From: an uncultured Lachnospiraceae bacterium
Lineage (GTDB): Bacteria; Bacillota; Clostridia; Lachnospirales; Lachnospiraceae
Direction: 5' to 3'
Length of the DNA stretch: 64,000 nucleotides
Assembly: GCA_944383325.1 (NCBI GenBank)
Contig: CALWPC010000050.1
Coordinates: 60,235-124,234, forward strand
Shown one piece after another: positions 20,265 to 30,184 of this stretch; positions within the stretch are counted from its first letter, which is position 1, and the number at the start of each line of letters is the position of its first letter. The translations under genes were made by a program, and so were the position numbers. The notes under the pieces were generated by a model, which was given only the letters and a program-made list of their open reading frames with translations, was not told the origin of the DNA and did not search any database.

Positions 20265-21383
20265 TTAATTCCCGAAATGGTTTTTCGGGCAGTAAATTTG
20301 TTTCAGGTGTGCAACCTGGGAACCCATATTCGTGAGCAGGGCATCCGCTACTGTGAGAGCAGCCATACTTTCCACGACGACTACGGCGCGCGGTACAATC
20401 ACGGGATCGTGGCGCCCGCCGATGGCGATGTCCGTTGTATTTCCGTCTGTTGTCACGGTTGTCTGGGATGCGCTGATGGACGGTGTGGGTTTGATATGCG
20501 CGCGCAGAGTGATCGTGCTGCCGTCGCTGATGCCGCCGTAAATTCCTCCGGCATGATTGGAGTTTTTGATGAGCTGTCCGTCCTCGGCGTGCATCTGATC
20601 ATTGTTTGTGCGTCCGGTTGCCTTCGATGCGAGCGTACCGTCTCCGATTTCAACCGCCTTGACAGCGCCGATAGACATCAGCGCTTTTGCAAACGAGGCG
20701 TCCAGTTTATCAAAACACGGTTCGCCAAGACCTGCAGGGCAGTTGAAAATTTTGCATTCCACAATTCCGCCGACAGAGTTTTTTTCCTGCATGCATGCGG
20801 TGATCAGCGCAGCGGCTTTTTCGGCTGCGTCTGCGTCCGGCATGTACAGTGCGTTATTTTGGATCTCCTGTTCGCTAAATCGAGCGGGATCGATTTGGAT
20901 GTCTCCGATGGATAGCGTGTAAGTGCAGAACGAAATGCCAAGCGCGCTTAAAAGCTTGACGGCAACTGCGCCGGCGGCCACGCGGCCGATTGTTTCGCGT
21001 CCGGAGGAGCGGCCTCCACCGCGGTAATCGCGGAAACCATATTTCAGGTCATATGTGAGATCGGCATGCCCCGGACGGTAGACGGAGGCGATCTTTCCAT
21101 AGTCGGAGGAGCGTTGATTTGTATTATAAATGAGCATAGAAATTGGGGTACCGGTCGTTTTGCCCTCAAAAATGCCGGATAGGATTTCAATCTGATCTGC
21201 TTCCCGGCGCGGAGTAGAATATTTTGACTGGCCCGGTTTTCGGCGGTTTAGAAAGGTCTGAATGTCGTCCTCGCACAGAGACAGGCCGGCCGGACAGCCG
21301 TCGATGACGACGCCGAGCGCCTTGCCGTGCGATTCCCCCCAAGTTGTGATTTGAAAATGTGAACCAAATGATGAACCTGCCAT
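20265..21383 (-). CDS. aroC: Chorismate synthase
   Basis: MAGSSFGSHFQITTWGESHGKALGVVIDGCPAGL..., GGGRSSGRET, 372 aa from the internal ATG. The ORF-track N-terminal 16 codons are unlikely to be real. Confidence 0.95.
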   Translation of the reverse strand: MAGSSFGSHFQITTWGESHGKALGVVIDGCPAGLSLCEDDIQTFLNRRKPGQSKYSTPRREADQIEILSGIFEGKTTGTPISMLIYNTNQRSSDYGKIASVYRPGHADLTYDLKYGFRDYRGGGRSSGRETIGRVAAGAVAVKLLSALGISFCTYTLSIGDIQIDPARFSEQEIQNNALYMPDADAAEKAAALITACMQEKNSVGGIVECKIFNCPAGLGEPCFDKLDASFAKALMSIGAVKAVEIGDGTLASKATGRTNNDQMHAEDGQLIKNSNHAGGIYGGISDGSTITLRAHIKPTPSISASQTTVTTDGNTTDIAIGGRHDPVIVPRAVVVVESMAALTVADALLTNMGSQVAHLKQIYCPKNHFGN

Positions 21384-21547
21384 GTTTACCTCGTTTCTGT
21401 TGCGGCGCAGTGCGGTCACTGTGTCGTACAATGTTCTTTTTTAAAAATAGTATAGCGGAAAGTGGTCTGCCTGACAAGAAGAACCGGTAAAGTTTTGCGG
21501 TGCGGTCTGTGGGCAGCGTGTATTTGAGAGAGGAGAACGCACTCACG

Positions 21548-24187
21548 ATGGAACAGCTGACACCAATGATGCAGCAATATGTAAATACGAAAGAGGAGTA
21601 TAAAGATTGTATTTTGTTTTATCGCCTCGGTGATTTTTATGAAATGTTTTTTGAGGATGCGGTGACGGCGTCCCGGGAACTGGAAATTACGCTGACCGGC
21701 AAGGACTGTGGACTTTCGGAGCGCGCGCCGATGTGTGGCGTTCCTTATCACGCCGTGGACAGTTATCTGGATAAACTGGTGGCAAAAGGCTATAAAGTCG
21801 CTATCTGCGAACAGGTAGAAGATCCGAAGCAGGCGAAGGGACTTGTGAAGCGGGAAGTGGTGCGTATTGTGACGCCGGGAACCAACTTGAGCGCGCAGGC
21901 GCTTGACGAGTCAAAAAATAATTATCTGATGTGTGTGGCGTATCTGGAAGATCATTTCGGAATTGCGGTTGCGGATGTGTCAACGGGGGCTTTTCATGTC
22001 ACCGAAGTTGAGAACGGCCGTCAGTTTCTCGATGAAATGAATAAATTTACACCATCAGAAATTATTTGCAATCAGTCGTTTTGCATGAGCGGCATTGTGT
22101 TGGAGGACATAAAGGAACGGCTTGGCGTCACGGTGTTTCCGCTGGAAGAGGATTATTTTGACGAGGAGAGTGTAACCAAAAAGTTGTTGGCGCATTTTCA
22201 TGCGGCTTCCGCCGAGACGTTGGGTCTGATTAATATGCCGCAGGGAATTCTTGCAGCCGGCGCTTTGCTTCAGTATTTATATGATACGCAAAAAAATGAT
22301 TTGAGCCATATGTCTCATCTCACGCCGTATTTTATTAATAAGTTTATGATTCTGGACACCTCTACGAGAAGAAATCTGGAACTTACGGAGACGCTGCGGG
22401 AGAAGAGAAAGCATGGTTCTCTCTTATGGGTTCTGGACCGGACAAAGACGGCGATGGGCGCTAGGATGCTTCGCAGTTTTCTGGAACAGCCGCTGATTGA
22501 GAAAGCGGAAATTGTCGGACGGCAGGATGCGGTGGAGGAGTTATTCGCAGATGCCATTCTGCGCGAGGAACTGCGAGAATATTTGCAGCCTGTTTATGAT
22601 CTGGAACGTCTGATCAGCCGAATCAGCTACGGATCGGCAAATCCGCGCGACCTGATTGCGCTGAAAACATCGATTGCGATTTTGCCGTCGATCCGGTATT
22701 TGCTTGAGCCGTTAAAAGCCGAATTTAACCGCGCAATTTTTGAGGATCTGGATGCTCTGGAAGATCTGTATGAATTATTGGAGCGCGCAATTGTAGAAGA
22801 TCCCCCGCTTGCGCAGAAAGACGGAGGGATTATCAGGGAGGGCTATTCCGAAGAGGTTGATGAGCTTCGCCGGGCCAAGAGTGAGGGAAAGGACTGGTTG
22901 GCAAAAATTGAGGCGAAAGAGCGGGAGCGCACCGGAATCCGCAATATGAAAATCAAATTCAATAAGGTGTTCGGATATTACCTCGAAGTCACCAATTCTT
23001 ACCGCGATCTGGTGCCGGATGATTATATTCGGAAGCAGACTCTGGCAAATGCAGAGCGCTATGTGACCGCGGAGCTCAAAGAACTGGAGAATAAAATTCT
23101 CGGGGCGGAGGAACGTCTTGTCTCCTTAGAGTATATCCTGTTTAAACAAGTGCGTGACACACTGGCCGGACAGGTACGCCGCATCCAGAAGACGGCGGAT
23201 GCGGTGGCGCGGCTCGATGTCTTTGCTTCACTGGCGCATGTGGCGGTCAAAAACCGTTATGTGCGGCCAAAGATGAATGAACGCGGTGTGATTGAAATAC
23301 AGGCAGGCCGTCATCCGGTGGTGGAAAAGACGATTTTGGGTCAGAGTTTTATTGAAAATGACACGTTTTTAAATAATACAAAAAACCGCGTGTCGATTAT
23401 CACAGGGCCAAATATGGCGGGGAAGTCTACCTATATGCGGCAGACGGCTCTGATTGTGCTGATGGCGCAGATTGGAAGCTTTGTTCCGGCAAGAACGGCG
23501 AATATCGGAGTGGTCGACCGGATTTTTACAAGGGTGGGCGCTTCGGATGATCTTGCAAGCGGGCAGAGTACCTTTATGGTCGAGATGACGGAGGTGGCGA
23601 ACATCCTTCGGAATGCAACGGCGGACAGTCTGTTGATTTTGGATGAAATCGGGCGCGGCACCAGTACGTTTGACGGGCTGAGTATCGCCTGGGCTGTTGT
23701 GGAACATATCAGTAATGTAAAACAACTCGGGGCCAAGACGCTGTTTGCAACACATTATCATGAACTCACTGAGCTTGAGGGGACGATTGACGGGGTTCAT
23801 AATTATTGCATTGCGGTCAAAGAACAGGGGGATGACATTGTGTTTCTCCGCAAAATTGTCCGGGGCGGCGCAGATAAAAGTTACGGTATTCAGGTGGCAA
23901 AACTTGCCGGAGTGCCGGACGTCGTGATTGAGCGGGCAAAAGAGCTCGTCGAGGATTTGAGCGATGCGGATATTTCCATGCGGGCAAGAAAAATCGCCGA
24001 GGAGGCGCAGACAAAAAAGGCGCGTACATTAGACGAAGTGGATTTGGAGCAAATTTCTCTGTTTGATACGGTGAAGGATGATGATATTCTAAGAGAGCTT
24101 CGGGAAGTGTCGATCAGTGAGCTGACGCCGCTCGAGGCGCTGAATAAACTGAGCGAGCTGCAAAACAAACTGATTAACCGTTGGTAG
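21548..24187 (+). CDS. mutS: DNA mismatch repair protein MutS
   Basis: MEQLTPMMQQY..., GDFYEMF, Walker A GPNMAGKST, DEIGRGTSTFDG. 879 aa from the ATG at 21548. Confidence 0.97.
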   Translation: MEQLTPMMQQYVNTKEEYKDCILFYRLGDFYEMFFEDAVTASRELEITLTGKDCGLSERAPMCGVPYHAVDSYLDKLVAKGYKVAICEQVEDPKQAKGLVKREVVRIVTPGTNLSAQALDESKNNYLMCVAYLEDHFGIAVADVSTGAFHVTEVENGRQFLDEMNKFTPSEIICNQSFCMSGIVLEDIKERLGVTVFPLEEDYFDEESVTKKLLAHFHAASAETLGLINMPQGILAAGALLQYLYDTQKNDLSHMSHLTPYFINKFMILDTSTRRNLELTETLREKRKHGSLLWVLDRTKTAMGARMLRSFLEQPLIEKAEIVGRQDAVEELFADAILREELREYLQPVYDLERLISRISYGSANPRDLIALKTSIAILPSIRYLLEPLKAEFNRAIFEDLDALEDLYELLERAIVEDPPLAQKDGGIIREGYSEEVDELRRAKSEGKDWLAKIEAKERERTGIRNMKIKFNKVFGYYLEVTNSYRDLVPDDYIRKQTLANAERYVTAELKELENKILGAEERLVSLEYILFKQVRDTLAGQVRRIQKTADAVARLDVFASLAHVAVKNRYVRPKMNERGVIEIQAGRHPVVEKTILGQSFIENDTFLNNTKNRVSIITGPNMAGKSTYMRQTALIVLMAQIGSFVPARTANIGVVDRIFTRVGASDDLASGQSTFMVEMTEVANILRNATADSLLILDEIGRGTSTFDGLSIAWAVVEHISNVKQLGAKTLFATHYHELTELEGTIDGVHNYCIAVKEQGDDIVFLRKIVRGGADKSYGIQVAKLAGVPDVVIERAKELVEDLSDADISMRARKIAEEAQTKKARTLDEVDLEQISLFDTVKDDDILRELREVSISELTPLEALNKLSELQNKLINRW

Positions 24188-24237
24188 TTTGAAGCATCAG
24201 GTGTGTCAGTACAAGTTGTCAGGAGGCATGAGAATTT

Positions 24238-26088
24238 GTGAGAAATGAGATTAAATTGTTAGATGCGGTCACGGTAGACCAGATTGCCGCGGGTGAAGTT
24301 GTGGAGCGTCCCGCCTCAGTGGTAAAGGAGCTTGTGGAAAATGCGATTGACGCAAAGGCCTCGGCCGTGACGGTGGAAATTAAAGAGGGCGGAATTCAGC
24401 TGATTCGTGTTACGGATGACGGAAACGGTATTCCTTCGGATCAGGTTGGACTGGCATTCAGCAGACATTCCACCAGTAAGATTCGGTGTATCGAGGATCT
24501 GAAAACGATTGCCAGTCTCGGTTTCCGCGGGGAGGCGCTTTCGAGTATTGCATCGGTATCGCGGGTGGAGCTGCTGACGAAGACGGCGCAGGAAATTACC
24601 GGGTCGCGGTATGTGATTGAGGGCGGAGAGGAATTGTCGTTCTCGGAGGCCGGCCTCCCGGATGGGACGACATTTTTTATCAGAAATTTGTTTTATAATA
24701 CGCCGGCCAGGAGAAAGTTTTTAAAGACTGCGTCGGGCGAGGCAGGACAGGTTCAGGAACTGATGGTAAAGTTTGCGCTCTCGCATCCGGAGCTTGCGTT
24801 TACGTATATTCAGAACGGGCAGACAAAGTTTGTGACGTCGGGCAATGGAAAATTGCAGGAAGTGATTTATGAGTTGCTTGGAAAAGAGTGGGCCAAAGCG
24901 GTGATCCCCGTTTCGTTTTCCTGCGATGCGTTCCGGGCGGAGGGATTTATCGGAGAACCGCGGATTAGCCGCGGCAACCGCAATTATGAGTATTACTTTG
25001 TGAATGGAAGAGCTGTCAAGAGCCGGGTGCTCGCGGGGGCGATTGAGGACGGCTATCAGGGTCAGCTGATGCAGCACCGGTATCCGTTTGTTGTGCTGCT
25101 GTTGTCGGTGCCCGGAGATGAGGTTGACGTCAATGTGCATCCGTCAAAAATGGAAGTGCGTTTCCATAAAAAAGAACAGATTTACCGCGAGCTGTCGGGT
25201 TATATTCAAGAGCTGCTCAATAGCCGGCAGACCTTGCAGGAGGAAACATTTGCCTCACCGGCTTTGGAAAAAAACACGAATGCCGAAAAGGAAATTAAAC
25301 CTGTTCGGGCAGCGGAGCCGTTTGAAAAGATGCGGCGCAAAGAGGAACTGGAAAAACGCATTGCACAAAAGTCAGAGCGTCCAAAGGAAAGCGCAGAACA
25401 TTCCAATTCCTTTCAGGAGCTGTTTACAAAGCTGCGTCCCGCTGCTGAGCCAGATGCGTCCGCTGAGCAAATGACGTTGAGTGAGACAACGCTATTTAAC
25501 GAGCCAAAACAGATTTCAGTACGGATGGTGGGACAAGTATTCGGCACATATTGGATTGTGGAATATGAGGAACAGATGCTGCTCATTGATCAGCATGCTG
25601 CTCATGAAAAAGTATTGTATGAACAGATGATGCTAGATCTGCAGACGAAGACCATATATTCACAGCAGCTGAGTCCGCCGGCGGTTGTGACGCTGTCTCC
25701 TGTTGAGGCGCAGAAGCTTGAAAGTTATCGGGAGTATCTGGGGCAGATGGGATACGAGATTTCCCATTTCGGCGGAAATGAATATGCCGTGCATGCGGTT
25801 CCGTCCAACTTGTATGGGTTGGCGGACAAAGAGCTGTTGCTGGATTTGCTTGAGGGACTGGAGGACGATACCGGACGGAAAAATGAGCAGAGGATTTATG
25901 ACCGCATTGCGACGATGTCGTGCAAAGCGGCGGTCAAAGGAAATCATCGTTTTAGCGAGAAGGAGGCGGCTTATCTGTTTGAAGAGCTGCTTCGGCTGAA
26001 GGATCCGTATCATTGTCCGCACGGCCGGCCGACCATGATTGTAATGTCAAAGGCGGAATTAGAGAAAAAATTCCGGCGTATTGTGTAA
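24238..26088 (+). CDS. mutL: DNA mismatch repair protein MutL
   Basis: IKLLDAVTVDQIAAGEVVERPASVVKELVENAIDA, DNGNGI, GFRGEAL, C-terminal CPHGRPT. Confidence 0.97.
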   Translation: MRNEIKLLDAVTVDQIAAGEVVERPASVVKELVENAIDAKASAVTVEIKEGGIQLIRVTDDGNGIPSDQVGLAFSRHSTSKIRCIEDLKTIASLGFRGEALSSIASVSRVELLTKTAQEITGSRYVIEGGEELSFSEAGLPDGTTFFIRNLFYNTPARRKFLKTASGEAGQVQELMVKFALSHPELAFTYIQNGQTKFVTSGNGKLQEVIYELLGKEWAKAVIPVSFSCDAFRAEGFIGEPRISRGNRNYEYYFVNGRAVKSRVLAGAIEDGYQGQLMQHRYPFVVLLLSVPGDEVDVNVHPSKMEVRFHKKEQIYRELSGYIQELLNSRQTLQEETFASPALEKNTNAEKEIKPVRAAEPFEKMRRKEELEKRIAQKSERPKESAEHSNSFQELFTKLRPAAEPDASAEQMTLSETTLFNEPKQISVRMVGQVFGTYWIVEYEEQMLLIDQHAAHEKVLYEQMMLDLQTKTIYSQQLSPPAVVTLSPVEAQKLESYREYLGQMGYEISHFGGNEYAVHAVPSNLYGLADKELLLDLLEGLEDDTGRKNEQRIYDRIATMSCKAAVKGNHRFSEKEAAYLFEELLRLKDPYHCPHGRPTMIVMSKAELEKKFRRIV

Positions 26089-26190
26089 AAGGCATACATC
26101 GGGTGATTCATATAGAAAACAAACAAATCGATTTCTATTTTCAATGATCCTTCAATCTTTTCTTTCTATAATGAGTTTGGAGGTGCCAGG

Positions 26191-26571
26191 ATGAAGCTTT
26201 TACTTGTGGAAGATGAAAGAAGAATGGCGCAGGCGCTCTGTGAGCTTTTGCGTTTGGAAAAATATGATGTAGACTACTGCGCTGACGGAGCGGACGGACT
26301 CGATGCCATAGAAACCGGCATTTTAAGAAAAGAAAAAAACCATGCCGTTTTGGCGGTATTCAATGGTGGAGATGAAATTCCTGCGGATCAGAGGGATTTT
26401 CTATTTGAACGCTTTTATCGTACCGATACTGCAAGGACCGGGGAAAACAATCATTATGGATTGGGGCTTGCGATCGCGAAGGCGATTGTGAGTTCCCATA
26501 AAGGTTCCATTCACGTACGGTGCTATGACAAAAAGGTAGAATTTTACGCAAAAATTCCATTACAAAAATAA
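26191..26571 (+). pseudogene. In-frame chimera of a response-regulator N-terminus and a histidine-kinase C-terminus (two-component system deletion remnant)
   Basis: Residues 1-44 (MKLLLVEDERRMAQALCELLRLEKYDVDYCADGADGLDAIETGI) are an OmpR-type receiver start, cut before the phospho-acceptor Asp. Residues ~45-126 (..VFNGGDEIPADQRDFLFERFYRTDTAR...GLGLAIAKAIVSSHKGSI...) are the G1/G2 end of a HATPase_c domain. Confidence 0.8.
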
Positions 26572-26643
26572 AAAACATTCTTTCAATTTTTTTCAATCTT
26601 CCTTCTGTATACTGATCCTATCAGAGATACAGGAGGATTTTTT

Positions 26644-27318
26644 ATGGCTTTTCAAACAGTTTTCAAACGGTATGAGCTGAAATATTTATTGACAGAGGAA
26701 CAAAAGGAAAAGGTATTGCAGGCAATGGAGCCCTATATGTCCCTTGACAAATATGGAAGAACGACTATCCGCAATCTGTATTTTGACACGGATACCTATC
26801 GGTTGGTCAGGCGTTCCATCGATAAGCCGACATACAAAGAAAAGCTGCGCATCCGCAGTTATGAGCGGGTGGAACCGAACAGTACCGTATTTGTGGAACT
26901 GAAAAAGAAATATCAGCAGGTAGTTTATAAGCGGCGGATTTCTTTGCCGGAAGCAGAGGCCATGGATTGGGTCACAGGCGGGCATTCTTGCCATATGGAT
27001 ACGCAGATTTCCGAGGAGGTTGATTATTTTCTCGATTATTACCGGGGGTTGCATCCTGCGGTTTTCCTCTCATATGAAAGGGAGGCGTTTTTTGCAAAAG
27101 ACGGCTCTGATTTTCGTATTACTTTTGATGACAATATTCTGTTTCGGCAGGAGGAGTTGTCACTGGAATCGGATGTTTATGGCACTCCGCTTTTGCCGCC
27201 CGGGAAGGTGCTTATGGAAATTAAATGCACCGGCGGTATTCCGTTATGGTTGGTTCACGTGCTTTCAGAAGAGCATATTTATAAGACGTCTTTTTCCAAA
27301 TATGGAGCAGCCTATTAG
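26644..27318 (+). CDS. VTC (polyphosphate polymerase-like, CYTH-fold) domain protein
   Basis: FKRYELKYLL opening, RIRSY, ELKKK and MEIK motifs of bacterial VTC-domain proteins. 224 aa. Confidence 0.75.
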   Translation: MAFQTVFKRYELKYLLTEEQKEKVLQAMEPYMSLDKYGRTTIRNLYFDTDTYRLVRRSIDKPTYKEKLRIRSYERVEPNSTVFVELKKKYQQVVYKRRISLPEAEAMDWVTGGHSCHMDTQISEEVDYFLDYYRGLHPAVFLSYEREAFFAKDGSDFRITFDDNILFRQEELSLESDVYGTPLLPPGKVLMEIKCTGGIPLWLVHVLSEEHIYKTSFSKYGAAY

Positions 27319-27355
27319 GCTGCAATCTATCCTCAATTAAAGGAGGTCGCCTGTC

Positions 27356-28051
27356 ATGGCTGATACATTATTCCGCGGATTGTTTGATTCCGATCTTACT
27401 TCCGTTATTCGTGTAACAGATTTTTTGCTTTGCCTTGGATTTGCCCTGGTACTTGGTCTCATTATGACGTTTGCGTATATGTTTCGCTCCCGTTACACAA
27501 AAAGTTTTGTGGTGACTCTGGCCTTGCTTCCGGCAGTGGTCTGTGTGGTCATTATGTTAGTGAACGGGAACGTAGGTACCGGAGTAGCCGTTGCCGGCGC
27601 TTTTAGCTTAGTGCGGTTTCGGTCAGTGCCTGGTACGGCAAAGGAAATTTGTACCCTGTTTTTTGCTATGGGAACAGGGCTGATTGTCGGCATGGGTTAT
27701 CTGGGCTTTGCTGCAATGTTTACGATTATTATGAGTGTGGTTTATTTGCTCTACACCCGTCTTGATTTCGGTTCCAGAAGGAACGCGGCTATTTATAAAA
27801 CGCTGACGATTACGATTCCGGAGGATTTGGATTATACTGGCGTTTTCGATGATATTTTCAGCCAATATACGTCTTCTCACGATTTGGTTTATGTCAAAAC
27901 GACAAATATGGGAAGTATGTTTCGGCTTACTTATCAGGTGACACTGCGTGATCCGGCAAAAGAAAAAGAGATGCTTGACAAATTGCGCTGCAGAAATGGC
28001 AATTTGGAAATAGCAGTTTCAAGACAGGAAAGTACAGTGTCAGAACTATGA
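27356..28051 (+). CDS. DUF4956 family membrane protein
   Basis: YTKSFVVTLALLPAVVCVVIMLVNGNVGTGVAVAGAFSLVRFRSVPGTAKEI matches my recollection of the DUF4956 core. There are 4 TM helices plus a soluble tail. Confidence 0.7.
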   Translation: MADTLFRGLFDSDLTSVIRVTDFLLCLGFALVLGLIMTFAYMFRSRYTKSFVVTLALLPAVVCVVIMLVNGNVGTGVAVAGAFSLVRFRSVPGTAKEICTLFFAMGTGLIVGMGYLGFAAMFTIIMSVVYLLYTRLDFGSRRNAAIYKTLTITIPEDLDYTGVFDDIFSQYTSSHDLVYVKTTNMGSMFRLTYQVTLRDPAKEKEMLDKLRCRNGNLEIAVSRQESTVSEL

Positions 28052-28070
28052 TGAAAGGAGAAGCGGATTG

Positions 28071-29888
28071 ATGAAAAAGTGGACATCCTTTATTTTGGTT
28101 TTGGTGTTGGTTGTTTGTACGTTAACCGGATGTAATAACAATACAGAAGATCGCTCTGGCAGTATAGCAGCGGAGAACTCTGATTACAGCGTGGAAACGT
28201 CCTCAACAGATTTCTCTCAAACGGATGCATCTCAAACAGATGGGGAAATGTTTACGGAACGGGATTTTCAAACAGATTATGACGAAAGTGACAGTGTCAC
28301 AATCTGGCTGAACGGTGATTCTGTACAGGCAAGCTCAGATAGTGTGGAGATTTCAGGCACGACTGTTACGATTACAGAGGAAGCCACCTATATCCTTACC
28401 GGAACGCTTGACGATGGCATGATTATTGTAAATGCCCCCGATACGGCAAAGCTTCAGTTGGTACTAAATGGTGTCAACATCAATAGCGGAACGTCTGCAG
28501 CTTTATATATTCTGGAGGCTGATAAAGTGTTTGTGACACTGGCGGATGACTCAGAAAATACTCTTTCCAATGGCGGAACATTTGTTGCTATTGACGAGAA
28601 CAATATTGACTCCGCGGTATTTTCAAAACAGGATTTCACACTGAATGGCTCAGGTTCTCTCACAGTAACTTCTCCCGCAGGGCATGGTATTGTTTGTAAG
28701 GACGATCTGGTCATTACAAGCGGGATTTATAGTGTCACTTCTGCGTCTCACGGTCTGGACGCCAACGACAGTGTGCGTGTTACCGGGGAGACGGTGATTA
28801 CGGTAGATGCAGGAAAGGACGGAATCCATGTAGAGAATAGCGATGATACATCTCTTGGCTTTGTATATGTTTCCGGGGGAAGTATGAAAATGGAAGCAGA
28901 AGGGGACGGTATCAGCGCCGGCGCTTATATGCAGATTACAGACGGAGACTTTGATATTTTAGCCGGTGGCGGCAGCGAAAACGGCGCCAAAGAATCTTCT
29001 GATTCCTGGGGCGGTTTCCAGGGCGGAAGAGGTCCCGAACAGAATGTCGTCTCTGAGGATGCATCTTCAAGCGACAGCGCCAGTATGAAAGGACTGAAAA
29101 GTGAAAGCAGTCTGCTGATTTCCGGAGGTAGCTTTACTCTAAATTCAGCAGATGATGCTGTGCATTCCAATGCTTCGATTACAATAAATGGCGGGAATTT
29201 TGACATTGCCTCCGGGGATGATGCTTTTCACGCAGACGATTCCCTCACCGTTACCGACGGCACAATCAATATCACAGAAAGTTATGAAGGATTGGAAGCG
29301 TTGCATCTTGATATTCAAGGCGGAGAGATTACCCTTGTTGCCAGTGACGATGGCCTGAACGCAGCCGGCGGAACCGATTCGAGCGGAACGACGGGCGGCC
29401 GTGACGGCATGTTCGGCGGCGGAGGTGGCCATGGGGACATGGGCGGTGGAATGTCTTCTTCCAATGGCAGCATCACAATTTCCGGGGGAGTGGTGTATAT
29501 TACCGCTTCCGGTGATGGAATTGATGCGAACGGTTCGCTGACCATTTCCGGAGGCTATACCGTTGTAACCGGGCCGACACAGGGGGATACCGCTACATTG
29601 GATTATGATACTACTGCTATGATTACAGGCGGAACCTTCATCGGAACGGGAGCAGTCGGTATGGCACAGACCTTTAGCGGTTCAGAACAAGGGGTAATAG
29701 CGGTCAGCGTAGGAAATCAATCTGCGGGAACGGAGATTATTCTGAAAGATACAAATGGAAAGGAACTGCTTTCCAGTACACCGGATATGTCTTTTGCAGT
29801 TGTGATTTTAAGTAGTCCGGATTTGGCATCTGGTGAAACGTATTCCCTCACAGTGGGAACAATTTCCAGTGAGGTGGAAGCAAATTGA
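28071..29888 (+). CDS. Lipoprotein with parallel beta-helix-like repeats (carbohydrate-binding-domain-containing protein family)
   Basis: Lipobox TLTGC. Repeated units of the type GDG/ADD-A(I/V)H(A/S)..S(L/I)T(I/V).GG, plus a Gly-rich patch GGRDGMFGGGGGHGDMGGGM. Confidence 0.6.
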   Translation: MKKWTSFILVLVLVVCTLTGCNNNTEDRSGSIAAENSDYSVETSSTDFSQTDASQTDGEMFTERDFQTDYDESDSVTIWLNGDSVQASSDSVEISGTTVTITEEATYILTGTLDDGMIIVNAPDTAKLQLVLNGVNINSGTSAALYILEADKVFVTLADDSENTLSNGGTFVAIDENNIDSAVFSKQDFTLNGSGSLTVTSPAGHGIVCKDDLVITSGIYSVTSASHGLDANDSVRVTGETVITVDAGKDGIHVENSDDTSLGFVYVSGGSMKMEAEGDGISAGAYMQITDGDFDILAGGGSENGAKESSDSWGGFQGGRGPEQNVVSEDASSSDSASMKGLKSESSLLISGGSFTLNSADDAVHSNASITINGGNFDIASGDDAFHADDSLTVTDGTINITESYEGLEALHLDIQGGEITLVASDDGLNAAGGTDSSGTTGGRDGMFGGGGGHGDMGGGMSSSNGSITISGGVVYITASGDGIDANGSLTISGGYTVVTGPTQGDTATLDYDTTAMITGGTFIGTGAVGMAQTFSGSEQGVIAVSVGNQSAGTEIILKDTNGKELLSSTPDMSFAVVILSSPDLASGETYSLTVGTISSEVEAN

Positions 29889-30184
29889 TGTTTTAAGAGC
29901 GCATCGGTTAGATGAACGCCGATAAAGAAGTTTTGAAAACAAACTAACTTAACGGCTGACAAATAGGATTGCAACAAGATCTTAGCGTACCGCAGGCGTT
30001 AGACGGCTTATGCCGCAATTCCATTTTAAGAACACTATGTATTCAGTTGTAACTCCCCGATAAGGGTATTTTGTTATATATCGCAGGAAAAGAGACAATG
30101 AAGTGCGAGTTTCCTCACACTTCATTGACTCTGCGGTTTAAGTGTTTATGATATTTTGCTCTGCTCGCTATACTGGAAGTTGTC

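Noticed and set aside
20229-20915. 228-aa plus-strand ORF
   Set aside because: It lies antisense to aroC, is Cys/Arg-rich and has no motifs. It is a shadow ORF in GC-rich coding DNA.
26191-26571. Reading this ORF as a functional single-domain response regulator
   Set aside because: The receiver domain is cut at ~44 aa, before the phospho-acceptor Asp, and the remainder is clearly a kinase ATP-lid fragment.
29944-30024. 26-aa Cys-rich minus-strand mini-ORF (MELRHKPSNACGTLRSCCNPICQPLS) that looks like a RiPP or toxin precursor
   Set aside because: It has no Shine-Dalgarno sequence upstream and no modification or export genes adjacent. It sits in decayed mobile-element DNA, so it is most likely chance.
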